The notes below the pieces were generated by a model. That model was not told where the DNA came from. It did no database searches and saw only the letters and a program-made list of their open reading frames with translations. From assembly GCA_965248435.1 (NCBI GenBank), contig OZ252100.1, forward strand, positions 3,680,001 through 3,744,000: DNA of 64,000 nucleotides. The letters run 5' to 3'. The translations under genes were made by a program, and so were the position numbers. Source of the DNA: Candidatus Latescibacterota bacterium. Lineage in GTDB: Bacteria; Latescibacterota; UBA2968; GCA-2709665. The first letter of the stretch is position 1. Every line of letters starts with the position of its first letter. Below, in pieces: positions 1 to 8,930 of the stretch.

Positions 1-16
1 TCGAGGAGGGCGTCCC

Positions 17-964
17 TTGAAATATTTTTCGCTGGAGACCCAACGCCAGTCCATTCCCGAGCGGTGGGAGGACGAGGCGACCCGACTCATGAAGGTGAGC
101 TGGAAGGAACGGATGATCACCGGCCTGAATCAGGCGGCCTACCGCTCTTACATCTACCCCGTGCTATCTCCGGCCGGCGTGCCCGTCACGACCGAGCGGT
201 CGATCAGAGACCACCCATGGCACCAATCGGTGACGATCGGAACGGACCAGTTTTACGTCTACCAGTCCTCTCCAGAGGGAAGGGTGGAGGAACCGGCACG
301 TAATTTCTACTGGGATTGGCCCTTCCAGGGACGTGATGCGGGCAGGATCATTTCACAGGCGGAGAACGAGGCCACGGAACTGGCCGACGACCACCTCCAG
401 ATCACGCAGAGGCTCAACTGGGAGGGTCCCGAGGAGTGGGGCGTGCCGCCTCACCGACGGATTATGGCCACGGAGGCGCGAACGATCGACGTGCGGCCGG
501 GCGAAACCGCCAACATCGTCGACGTGAGGTCTCAGGTGCGGCCGACCGACTGGGACCTTCGGATCGGTCCGTGCCGCCACTCTTATTTCACGGTCCGCGT
601 GGCCGACCATCTCCGTGTCTCGGAGCCCGATGGGACAAAGCTTACCGGGATGCTCGTCGACTCGCAGGGTCGGGTTGGTGCCGAGGAAATCTGTTGGCAA
701 CACGCGGACTGGGTCGACTTCTACGGACCGGATGCGGAAGGCCGGACCGCCGGGATCGCCCTGTTCCAATTCCCCTCCCTGGGTGTTCCCTGGTACCTGG
801 TGGACTACGGATCGATTCGCATCAATCCGTTCAGGCTGGACGCGAGAACCGTGAACCGCGGAGACCTGGTGGATGTGGCGATTCGCGTCGTGGCCCACGA
901 CGGCACGCCGGAAGAGGCGGGAATCGCAGAGCTATACGCGTCCTTCAAGGAGGAAGTCGGGTAG
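17..964 (+). CDS. DUF6807 / 'PmoA-family' (PF14100-like) beta-sandwich protein; not a methane monooxygenase
   Basis: TTG start after GAGGAGG; motifs YIYPVLSPAG, DHPWHQS, DWVDFYG; paralogue at 7785. Confidence 0.65.
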   Translation: MKYFSLETQRQSIPERWEDEATRLMKVSWKERMITGLNQAAYRSYIYPVLSPAGVPVTTERSIRDHPWHQSVTIGTDQFYVYQSSPEGRVEEPARNFYWDWPFQGRDAGRIISQAENEATELADDHLQITQRLNWEGPEEWGVPPHRRIMATEARTIDVRPGETANIVDVRSQVRPTDWDLRIGPCRHSYFTVRVADHLRVSEPDGTKLTGMLVDSQGRVGAEEICWQHADWVDFYGPDAEGRTAGIALFQFPSLGVPWYLVDYGSIRINPFRLDARTVNRGDLVDVAIRVVAHDGTPEEAGIAELYASFKEEVG

Positions 965-985
965 GTAGAGGCCAGAGTCAAAAGA

Positions 986-1017
986 GAATATCGAATATCG
1001 ATTGTCGAATGTCGAAG
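986..1017 (+). repeat. Heptamer tandem repeat GAAT(A/G)TC
   Basis: gaatatc-gaatatc-gattgtc-gaatgtc-gaag; related text at ~35535 and ~38158. Confidence 0.6.
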
Positions 1018-1045
1018 GATATAGGCCAACTTGCGAGGAGTTAGG

Positions 1046-1762
1046 ATGAAGGTCAACAATATCCGAAAGAAGATGGACGCCGGGGAAATGGCATATGGCT
1101 GCACATTCCAGTACTCCTATCCGACGCACATAGAATGGGCAGGATTGGCAGGGTTCGACTTCGTGCTATTCGACTGCTGTCACAGCGCGATCAACTCGGA
1201 GACACTCCTGGATTGCATCCATGCTGCCGAGATGTATGGGATGACGCCCGTCGCCCGGACGGGCGGCGTGGACGAGTACGAAATCCTGACCCTCTTGGAT
1301 ATCGGTATACTGGGCATCCACGCATCAGATGTCAGGACCGCGAAGGAAGCTAAGACGCTGTCCGAAATCTGCAAGTTCTATCCTGACGGTGGACGGGGTC
1401 TTGCCGGATCGCGATCGATGTGGACATGGGGCGCAGCCTCTACACGCGAGTATATGGAAGAATCGAACTCCCAGATCACGACCGGGTTTCAGCTCGAGCA
1501 CGTCGATGTGCTGAAGGAGCTGGACGCGATTCTGGACGTTGAGGGTATCGACTACTATATGAGTGGGCACAAGGACCTCGCTCAGTCCCTGGGGCATTAT
1601 GGTGACAGCAGTCAGCCCGAGGTAATAGCGACCCAACAGAAGATCACCGACGCCATTCACGCCCGAGGAAAAAAGATGCATGGTGAGGTGGCCAAGACGA
1701 TCGGGTGCATGGAGCTGTTTCAGGATACTGCCAGGGACTGGCTGAAGGCGCAAAATGCATAG
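1046..1762 (+). CDS. HpcH/HpaI-family class II aldolase, copy 1
   Basis: ATG at 1046 after GAGGAG; AGFDFV, PVAR, LLDIG, KFYPxGGRG, QLE, GxxD motifs. Confidence 0.85.
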   Translation: MKVNNIRKKMDAGEMAYGCTFQYSYPTHIEWAGLAGFDFVLFDCCHSAINSETLLDCIHAAEMYGMTPVARTGGVDEYEILTLLDIGILGIHASDVRTAKEAKTLSEICKFYPDGGRGLAGSRSMWTWGAASTREYMEESNSQITTGFQLEHVDVLKELDAILDVEGIDYYMSGHKDLAQSLGHYGDSSQPEVIATQQKITDAIHARGKKMHGEVAKTIGCMELFQDTARDWLKAQNA

Positions 1763-1775
1763 GTGAATAACTCGT

Positions 1776-1803
1776 GTAGAGACGCCCTGGTGGGGCGTCT
1801 CTA
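1776..1803 (+). repeat. GTAG-type REP hairpin GTAGAGACGCCCYGGTGGGGCGTCTC
   Basis: GTAG plus inverted repeat; copies at 2565, 3371, 18642, 56390. Confidence 0.8.
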
Positions 1804-1820
1804 AGGCCTAAAGACATTAC

Positions 1821-2552
1821 GTGAAGATCAACAATATTCGCAAAAAGATGGACGCCGGAGAGATGGCCTACGGCTGCGGCATCCAGTACTCCTCGCCAAC
1901 ACACGTGGAGTGGGTGGGGATGGCCGGGTTTGACTTCGTGGAGTTCTCCTGCTGTCACGTCGCGGTCAACCCGGAGACACTCCTGGATTGCCTGCGCGCT
2001 GCAGAGTTCCACGGGGTTACATCCGTCGCTCGGGTGGGCAGCGTGGATCCTCACGAGATCCTGAACCTCTTGGATATCGGGGTCATGGGCATCCACGCGT
2101 CTGACGTGAGGACCGCGGAGGAAGCTCGGACACTGGCCGAGATTTGCAAGTTCTATCCTGAAGGAGGGCGGGGACTTGCCGGATCGCGATCGATGTGGAG
2201 CTGGGGCGCATCGTCTACGCGGGAGTATATGGAAGAAGCGAACTCCCAGATTACCACCGGCTTCCAGCTCGAGCACGTGGATATGCTGAAGGAGCTGGAC
2301 GCGATCCTTGATGTTGACGGTATCGACTATTACCTGTCAGGACGCAGAGACATCTCTCAGTCTCTGGGCCTCTATGGCGACACCGATCATCCTGAAGTTA
2401 TGGCGTTCGAACAAAAGGTCGCCGATGCAGTCCACGCACACGGGAAGAAGATGTATACTGAGTGCGCCACGACGACCGATTGCCTGGACCTGTTTTTGAA
2501 CTCGGCAAAGGATTGGCTCAAGGAACAAAAGTCAGCGAATCGTGGATCGTAA
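1821..2552 (+). CDS. HpcH/HpaI-family aldolase, copy 2
   Basis: GTG start; colinear and highly similar to copy 1. Confidence 0.85.
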   Translation: MKINNIRKKMDAGEMAYGCGIQYSSPTHVEWVGMAGFDFVEFSCCHVAVNPETLLDCLRAAEFHGVTSVARVGSVDPHEILNLLDIGVMGIHASDVRTAEEARTLAEICKFYPEGGRGLAGSRSMWSWGASSTREYMEEANSQITTGFQLEHVDMLKELDAILDVDGIDYYLSGRRDISQSLGLYGDTDHPEVMAFEQKVADAVHAHGKKMYTECATTTDCLDLFLNSAKDWLKEQKSANRGS

Positions 2553-2564
2553 ATCGTTGGTCGT

Positions 2565-2590
2565 GTAGAGACGTCCCGATGGGGCGTCTC
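2565..2590 (+). repeat. GTAG-type REP hairpin
   Basis: gtagagacgtcccgatggggcgtctc, preceded by degenerate ATCGTGG heptamers. Confidence 0.8.
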
Positions 2591-2618
2591 CAAGACGAAC
2601 GGCTCGAAAGGAGAGGCC

Positions 2619-3341
2619 TTGAAAATCAACAATATCAAAAAAAAGATGAATGCCGGGGAGCGTGCCTACGGCTGTACATTCGAGCACTCCGCTCCGATAT
2701 ACGTGGAATGGGCGGGGATGGCTGGCTTCGACTTTGTACAGCTCCACTGTTTCGGTGATACGAACCCGGAGAAACTCGTGGATTGCGTGCGTGTTGCCGA
2801 GATGTACGGTGTGACACCCATCGCCCGGGTGGGCAGCGTGAACCCGGACGAGATCTCGAACATGCTTAATGTCGGATGTCTGGGCATCCACGCGTCCGAC
2901 GTGAGGACCGCGGAGGAGGCCCGGACGCTGGCCAGCATCTGCAAGTTCTATCCCGAGGGTGGTCGGGGCCTCTCTGGTTCGCGATCGATGTGGTCCTGGG
3001 GCACGTCGTCAACCCGTGAATATATGGAAGAAGCGAACTCACAGATCACGACCGGCTTCCAGCTGGAACACGTGGATGTGCTGAACGAGCTGGATGCGAT
3101 CCTGGACGTCGACGGTATCGACTACTACCTGTCGGGTCCCAAAGACATCGCCCAGTCCCTGGGCCTCTATGGGGATCGCGATCATCCAGAAGTAAAGGCA
3201 TTCCAGCAGAAGATCACGGATGCCGTCCACGCACGTGGCAAGAAATCGTATAGCGAGGTCGCCTCGGTGATCAGTTGTATGGAGCTGATTTTGAACCCGG
3301 CCAAAGAGTGGCTGAAAGAACAAAGGGAAAAAACCGGTTGA
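2619..3341 (+). CDS. HpcH/HpaI-family aldolase, copy 3
   Basis: TTG start after GGAGAGG; colinear with copies 1-2; SGPKD motif. Confidence 0.85.
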   Translation: MKINNIKKKMNAGERAYGCTFEHSAPIYVEWAGMAGFDFVQLHCFGDTNPEKLVDCVRVAEMYGVTPIARVGSVNPDEISNMLNVGCLGIHASDVRTAEEARTLASICKFYPEGGRGLSGSRSMWSWGTSSTREYMEEANSQITTGFQLEHVDVLNELDAILDVDGIDYYLSGPKDIAQSLGLYGDRDHPEVKAFQQKITDAVHARGKKSYSEVASVISCMELILNPAKEWLKEQREKTG

Positions 3342-3370
3342 TCGTTGATCGTCGTTAGCAATTCGTGGTT

Positions 3371-3405
3371 CGTGAAGAGACGCCCCGGTGGGGCGTCTCT
3401 TCACG
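3371..3405. repeat. REP hairpin (extended palindrome)
   Basis: cgtgaagagacgcccc-ggt-ggggcgtctcttcacg, perfect 16-bp stem. Confidence 0.8.
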
Positions 3406-3444
3406 GCTGAGGCACACACGCTTTAAGGAAATGGGAGGAACTGA

Positions 3445-4401
3445 ATGGCCCGATATGATCTGTTCGATCCGGAACAAGCACCGCGAGGGGTCTCGACGCT
3501 CATCAAGACGCCGCTGCTGGAGGGGGGTCGTGTCGATTATGAATCCTACGCGCGCCAGGTCGAACACGTCGTGGATGTGGGGACCTGTCTTGCCGTTCCT
3601 GGTATGCGAGGGTGTGAAACCTGGACACTGAGCGAAGAGGAGCGCGTTCGCTGCCTGGAGATCACGCTGGAGGTCTGCAAGGACCGAACGCCGGTCTGCG
3701 CGACCGTTGCCGGGATCTCCATCCCCGATCTTATTGCGGCGGCCCGACGGGCCGAGGATATGGGCGCGGATATGATCGCGATCGTCGTACCGCCCTGGAT
3801 CCGCCACGTGGAAGATATCCTCACCTGTGTCAAGGCGGCGGCCGAATCCGTGTCTCTACCCAACCTGGTACACTCCGTGGGTGGGATGGGTGACATGGTC
3901 GTACCGACCGAGCGGCTTGCAAGACTTCCCAAGGAGAGCCCGAACATCCGCTACATGAAGGAAGAGGCACCCCTCGATGCCGTTCGCCGAGTCTCCCAGC
4001 TTCTGAAGACGTCGGGAGGCGAGGACTATCTGAATATCATGGTGGGTTCCCCACTCGTGCTGGGCTACCTGGCGGGCGCGCGGATGTTCATGTCTTCCGC
4101 GGATGTGATCGAGCCGTTCATGGCGGTGATCGATGCCATGGAGGCCGGAAACGAAGAGGAGGCGAGGCGCATCGATCGAGATGTTGACGTGCTCCAGTTT
4201 GTCAGGGGGTACATCAAGGGTCAGTACAACAACAAGCTGATCATGGAACGGCGGGGGATCTTCGCGTCGGCCAGGTTGGCTTCACCGAAGTCGGAACTTG
4301 GATTCGTCGATCTCACGCCGGCGGAAGAGGACGAGCTCACTGAGGCGCTTCGGCCGCTGATGCCTTACTACAAAAAATTTCCACCGAGCCCACCCGCATA
4401 G
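3445..4401 (+). CDS. Dihydrodipicolinate synthase/N-acetylneuraminate lyase family class I aldolase
   Basis: TP..GRVDYESY, ETWTLSEEER, GADMIAIVVPP, Schiff-base Lys in PNIRYMKEE. Confidence 0.85.
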   Translation: MARYDLFDPEQAPRGVSTLIKTPLLEGGRVDYESYARQVEHVVDVGTCLAVPGMRGCETWTLSEEERVRCLEITLEVCKDRTPVCATVAGISIPDLIAAARRAEDMGADMIAIVVPPWIRHVEDILTCVKAAAESVSLPNLVHSVGGMGDMVVPTERLARLPKESPNIRYMKEEAPLDAVRRVSQLLKTSGGEDYLNIMVGSPLVLGYLAGARMFMSSADVIEPFMAVIDAMEAGNEEEARRIDRDVDVLQFVRGYIKGQYNNKLIMERRGIFASARLASPKSELGFVDLTPAEEDELTEALRPLMPYYKKFPPSPPA

Positions 4402-4435
4402 GAAGAAACTCCTCTGAGAGAAAGGTGAACCGTCG

Positions 4436-5431
4436 ATGGCAGAATTGAAGGTAGGCGTGATCGGATGCGGAGCACACGCGCAAGGTCACTTCGCGATGAT
4501 CGCGTCGGAACCACGGATGGCGCTGATGGCAGTCTCGGAGGTCGATGATGAACGGCTGGAAGCAGCGAAAGCGAAACACCATCCGGAACTGGGCTTCAGC
4601 GACTACCGCGAGATGCTGGACAAGGCGGAGCTGGACGTGGTCTACGTCGAAACTCGGACCTGGCACCAGACACCGATCGTACTGGAGTGCCTGGGACGCG
4701 ACCTGCATACGTCGGTCGAGAAACCGCCTGGAATGAACGTGGGAGAGACGGTAGAGATGCGCGATGCCACGCGCAAGAGCAAGGGCAAAGCGATCGTCTC
4801 GTTCAACCGGCGCTACCGGCCGGAGGTCCTCGCGGTGCGACGCCTTTTGCAGGAGCGTGGCGGGGCGACACACGTCGCCGCCGATTATCACAAGCCAGTC
4901 TCCGGGCTTGCCGTCCCTGGCGTCAAAGAGTTTCATCCTCCGGAGATCGTGTGTGACGCGATACACCACGTGGACCTGCTTCGATGGCTCGCGGGGAGCT
5001 CAGGTACTGAGACGGCGAGGGCCGTGGAGGTGTTCGCACACGCCTGGCACGGGGATCAGGAAGGCACGCCGAGATACAACGCAATCATCCACTTCGACAA
5101 TGACTGTCACGGGACGATGATCAGTCAGTACGGGGTCGGTGCCCGGGTTCAGACCGCGGAGGCTCACAGTGAGAATATTTCGGCTTACGTGGACCTCACC
5201 TCTTCGGCCGATGCAAAGGTCACGCTTTATGTGGATCAGCAGCGTGTCGACGAGCCCCTCGATCTGGATGCGGTCGGTGGGGCAGACTTCAACGAAACGC
5301 GACACTTCGCGGACTGCATCCTGAACGATACGACACCCTGGAGTTCGCTGGACGACGCCGTAAAGTCGGAGGAACTTTCAGAGGCCATTCTTGAGGAACA
5401 CCGCGGGGACCTTGAGACCCGCGCAGACTAG
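4436..5431 (+). CDS. Gfo/Idh/MocA NAD(P)-dependent oxidoreductase
   Basis: VGVIGCG, VEKPP, FNRRY, IHHVDL. Confidence 0.9.
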   Translation: MAELKVGVIGCGAHAQGHFAMIASEPRMALMAVSEVDDERLEAAKAKHHPELGFSDYREMLDKAELDVVYVETRTWHQTPIVLECLGRDLHTSVEKPPGMNVGETVEMRDATRKSKGKAIVSFNRRYRPEVLAVRRLLQERGGATHVAADYHKPVSGLAVPGVKEFHPPEIVCDAIHHVDLLRWLAGSSGTETARAVEVFAHAWHGDQEGTPRYNAIIHFDNDCHGTMISQYGVGARVQTAEAHSENISAYVDLTSSADAKVTLYVDQQRVDEPLDLDAVGGADFNETRHFADCILNDTTPWSSLDDAVKSEELSEAILEEHRGDLETRAD

Positions 5432-5477
5432 AGGTAGAGAGGTCATTCGTGGCTGGCCGACGTGGCTGTGCCACAGT

Positions 5478-5682
5478 AGTGAAGCACCGGCTTTCTGATC
5501 CGGCCCCATCAAAAAGAGCTTAGGGGCCGGTTCTCGGTCTGGAGACCGGTCCCACAGTGATTGCCGGCTGAGAGAGTGTGTCACAGAGCACCAAGGGCAC
5601 CATTTGCTGTGGGACCCGACTCCAGTCGGGGAATGGGCTTCTAGCCTTTTCAACGGAGCCCGTGACTAGAGGTGCTTCATTC
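5478..5682. repeat. GTGG-type REP pair / REPIN-like segments
   Basis: ttctcggtctggagaccggtcccaca (5531-5556) and tgtgggacccgactccagtcggggaa (5608-5633); both hairpins and their flanks recur at 62807-62993. Confidence 0.75.
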
Positions 5683-5701
5683 CTAAAAAGGCAGGTTGTT
5701 A

Positions 5702-5887
5702 GTGGCAAGAAAGTTTCACGAGGCATCACTACGCAAGGGTCGATTTTCTGAATCCGGGTCATTTTATGCGGTTACCAAGTGCATTCTTAACCGAGAGAAG
5801 TTGCTGATCTCAAATCCGAGCAGTCCAGTCGATTCTTCCAATATTTCAGACATTGTTGTGAGCTGTATCCTGACTGGTATCAGTTAA
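5702..5887 (+). pseudogene. N-terminal fragment of a REP-associated tyrosine transposase (RAYT, Y1 HUH)
   Basis: Translation contains SLRKGRFSESGSFYAVTKCILNREKLL, the typical RAYT N-terminus (LRxGRxS..xY.vT....R..L); stops before the HUH motif; lower GC; adjacent to REPs. Confidence 0.6.
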
Positions 5888-5933
5888 GTTCCGTGCCTGA
5901 AGGCAGCTGCGATCCTGGAGGGATGAAATCCTG

Positions 5934-6659
5934 ATGACATGCACCGACTATGCAAGATCGTTCGTCTGCTCGAACGGGACAGGAGCCAGGAACGCACCTC
6001 AGTTCTGGCTCGAGTCCCGGTGTACGCTGATAGATGACCGAGAGCAGACAAAAGACGAGTTCTATCAGTGTGCCTCCTGTAAGAGCGAGCACACCTTCGC
6101 CGAAAAGGATCTGTTCCAGGACCCCAACTACGACTTCCTTCCGGTCTTCAGCGAGGCGGACGTCGCGATCTTCCGGAGGCACGCGTTCTTAAACGAGAAT
6201 TACCTGGAGTACCGCGAGGCAAAGGCGGTCTGGGGAGGTCCCAGATTCGTGATCCGGGAGGCGGAGCCGGTTAAAGAGCTGGACGATGCGGGGATCATCC
6301 GGGTCGCGCTGAAAGGTCTTCCGTTCGTGAGCCAGACAGAGATCTGGGATGAGGAGACCGAGATGCGCGCGATCATCGAGTGTCCTGTCAAAACCATGAA
6401 TGCGGATCCGGACAGGGGAGTCTACCAGGTAGACACTGGGCCGGTGCTGTATCCGGACTTGAGTCAGCGCTACGCGCGAAAGATCGAGGCGCTTCGTCTG
6501 GCGTTCGTGGCCTTCAACGCCCCCGGCTTCGCTGACTTCGTGATCGAACAGCCGACAGAGATCGAGGAAGAGGGAAAAGTGATCTGCAAGGCTCACCACT
6601 ACTCCGGCATCGTAAGCCGACCGGCGAAGAATTCAGTCTGGGTTGTCGGAGAAAATTGA
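5934..6659 (+). CDS. Hypothetical protein with CxxC(K)SEH motif
   Basis: 241-aa ORF with host codon usage; QCASCKSEHTF; no family recognised. Confidence 0.75.
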   Translation: MTCTDYARSFVCSNGTGARNAPQFWLESRCTLIDDREQTKDEFYQCASCKSEHTFAEKDLFQDPNYDFLPVFSEADVAIFRRHAFLNENYLEYREAKAVWGGPRFVIREAEPVKELDDAGIIRVALKGLPFVSQTEIWDEETEMRAIIECPVKTMNADPDRGVYQVDTGPVLYPDLSQRYARKIEALRLAFVAFNAPGFADFVIEQPTEIEEEGKVICKAHHYSGIVSRPAKNSVWVVGEN

Positions 6660-6677
6660 AGACTGGAGGGTTGATAC

Positions 6678-7769
6678 ATGGCATATCGTGCCGCGGTCAT
6701 CGGATTGGGCCGCATGGGGAGTACCTTTGATGATGAGATGAAGCCTGGCAGCACGGTCTTCATCCCTTACTGTCACGGACCCACCTATGTGGCATCGCCG
6801 CTGACCGAACTCTCAGCGGGAGCGGATCCGCACGACGAGCAGCGCGGGATATTCGGTGAGCGATGGGGGCTGTCCTCCGATCATCTCTACAGTGATTACA
6901 AAGAGATGCTGGCGAATGAAAAGCTGGATATCGTTAGCGTCTGCACAACGGCCAAGATCCGGGCCGGCATCGTAGAGGATGCGGCGCGCGCCGGCGTGAA
7001 GGCGATATGGGCGGAGAAGCCGATCGCGATCAGTCTCGAGGAGGCTGACGCCATGGTGAACGTTTGCCGCGAGAATGGTGTCACACTCGCAGTCAACTGC
7101 TCGAGACGCTGGCACCCGTTCTACTCCCAAGCCAGGCGGTTGATCGATGAGGGAGAGCTGGGTCAAATCCTTCAAGTCACCGGCTACTGCAGGTGCGGAC
7201 TTTCCCACAATGGCAGCCACCTGATCGATGCGGTTCGATTCTTGGCGGTGGGTGACGTGGAATGGGTCTTTGGAGAGATGGAGTCGGATGAAGCGGCTGC
7301 CGGTGATAAGGATCTGATGGGGAATGGATACCTGGCCTTTGACAACGGGGTGCGTTCCTACATTCGGAGCACGCCGACCGGGGCAGCCCGTTGGGAGATC
7401 CACGTGATCGGCGAAAAGGGGATGATACGATTCAAGTCCAATGGCCAGGGACAGGAACTGGTACTTCTGAGGGGGGATCAGCCTGCCGAGGTCCCCTTCC
7501 CCTGGCCTGTAAGGATGCAGGGTATGGGACTGACGATTCTCGAGGACATCGTCCATTCGATCGAGACGGGTCAACCGCCCAAGTGTTCCGGTGATGACGG
7601 CCGCGCAGCCCTGGAGGTCGCCGTGGCCCTCCGCGAGTCGCACCGCCGCGGGTGTGTGAAGGTTACGCTTCCGGTGGAGGATCGCAGTCTTGCGATTCAC
7701 TCTCTGGAAACGCTGCAGGGTGATCTGCCGGCGAGGATCCGGAGGCAGGGGAACGCGCCTTCAAGGTAA
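6678..7769 (+). CDS. Gfo/Idh/MocA oxidoreductase
   Basis: AAVIGLGRMG, DIVSVCT, AEKPIA, NGSHLID. Confidence 0.9.
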   Translation: MAYRAAVIGLGRMGSTFDDEMKPGSTVFIPYCHGPTYVASPLTELSAGADPHDEQRGIFGERWGLSSDHLYSDYKEMLANEKLDIVSVCTTAKIRAGIVEDAARAGVKAIWAEKPIAISLEEADAMVNVCRENGVTLAVNCSRRWHPFYSQARRLIDEGELGQILQVTGYCRCGLSHNGSHLIDAVRFLAVGDVEWVFGEMESDEAAAGDKDLMGNGYLAFDNGVRSYIRSTPTGAARWEIHVIGEKGMIRFKSNGQGQELVLLRGDQPAEVPFPWPVRMQGMGLTILEDIVHSIETGQPPKCSGDDGRAALEVAVALRESHRRGCVKVTLPVEDRSLAIHSLETLQGDLPARIRRQGNAPSR

Positions 7770-7784
7770 AAGGAGAACAATGCC

Positions 7785-8726
7785 ATGAAATGGTTTTCAG
7801 TAGAGAGCGCAGGCCTGTCCGTTCCAAAGGACTGGAAGGATGATCCGACCCGGGTCGTGAAGGTCGGCTGGAAGGGGAAACCGGTCACCGGCTTCAACCA
7901 GTCTTCACGGCGGTGTTACGTCTACCCGGTTCTGACGCCTTCGGGGGTCGGGGTCACGAACGAGCGGTCGACGAATGACCATCCCTTTCATCAATCGATT
8001 ACGGTCGGCAACGACTATTTTTTTACGTATCAGACCTCCGCGGCCGGACGGTTCGAAGACCCGCCGATGTGCTTTTATTCGAATGAAGTGGATATGCGGG
8101 GGAGGGGAGAGGGGCGCATCATCTGCACTGCGCAGAATGAGTGCACGGAGTTGAGCGAAGACCACCTCGAGATGATTATGAGGATGCAGTGGCAGGGGCC
8201 CGAGGAGGGATACAGCCCGAAGTACCGCCGGGTCGTCGCGGAGGAGATGCGTACGATCAGCGTTTTTCCCGGCGATGTAGCAAACATCATCGACGTTCGG
8301 TCGCAGCTCCGGCCTACCATGTGGGACCTCCGTCTGGGACCGTCGCGACACGGCTACTTTACGATCCGTATGGCGGACTTCCTGAGGCCCAACGCCAACG
8401 CCGGGGCCAACCTGGTGGACTCGGAGGGTCGGGAGGGTGAGGATGTGATCTGGCAGCATTCGGACTGGGTGGACTACTACGGAAAGGATCCGGAGGGGAG
8501 AACGGTCGGGATCGCCGTCTTTCAGTTCCCGTCTATGGGGAATGTGGCGTGGTACGCCGCCACGTATGGATCGATTCGCGTGAATCCGTTTCGTAAAGGC
8601 GGGACCTTCATCTGCCGCGGGGAAGAAGTGGACGTGGCGGTTCGGGTGGTGGCCCACGATGGGGATCCTTTCGAAGCGAAGATTTCCGAGTTGTACGACG
8701 TGTTCAAAGAAGAGACAACCCTTTAG
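7785..8726 (+). CDS. DUF6807 / 'PmoA-family' protein, paralogue of 17..964
   Basis: YVYPVLTPSG, DHPFHQS, DWVDYYG; colinear with the first gene. Confidence 0.65.
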   Translation: MKWFSVESAGLSVPKDWKDDPTRVVKVGWKGKPVTGFNQSSRRCYVYPVLTPSGVGVTNERSTNDHPFHQSITVGNDYFFTYQTSAAGRFEDPPMCFYSNEVDMRGRGEGRIICTAQNECTELSEDHLEMIMRMQWQGPEEGYSPKYRRVVAEEMRTISVFPGDVANIIDVRSQLRPTMWDLRLGPSRHGYFTIRMADFLRPNANAGANLVDSEGREGEDVIWQHSDWVDYYGKDPEGRTVGIAVFQFPSMGNVAWYAATYGSIRVNPFRKGGTFICRGEEVDVAVRVVAHDGDPFEAKISELYDVFKEETTL

Positions 8727-8768
8727 GAACCGGGTACCGGGAAATCGAAACACGGGTACCGGGTACCG
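8727..8768 (+). repeat. GGGTACC array, solo left arm
   Basis: accgggtaccgggaaatcgaaacacgggtaccgggtaccg starting just after the TAG stop. Confidence 0.8.
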
Positions 8769-8789
8769 CAGAATCGTTTTTCGTCGCTC

Positions 8790-8904
8790 GTAGGGGCGAA
8801 CCTTGTGTTCGCCCGTGTAAATTCATCCGCCGATCAGCGTGGGAATAGATTCGCCGGATCTAGGATCGGGAACACCGTAGGGGCACGGCGCGCCGTGCCC
8901 CTAC
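8790..8904 (+). repeat. Two GTAGGGGC-type REP hairpins
   Basis: gtaggggcgaaccttgtgttcgccc (8790-8814) and gtaggggcacggcgcgccgtgcccctac (8877-8904). Confidence 0.75.
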
Positions 8905-8930
8905 GACTATGCAGGTGACAAGGGGCAGGA

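Noticed and set aside
17-964. Methane/ammonia monooxygenase subunit suggested by the 'PmoA family' label
   Set aside because: The protein is soluble with no transmembrane helices and there is no pmoB/pmoC; the family name is a misnomer for DUF6807-type proteins.
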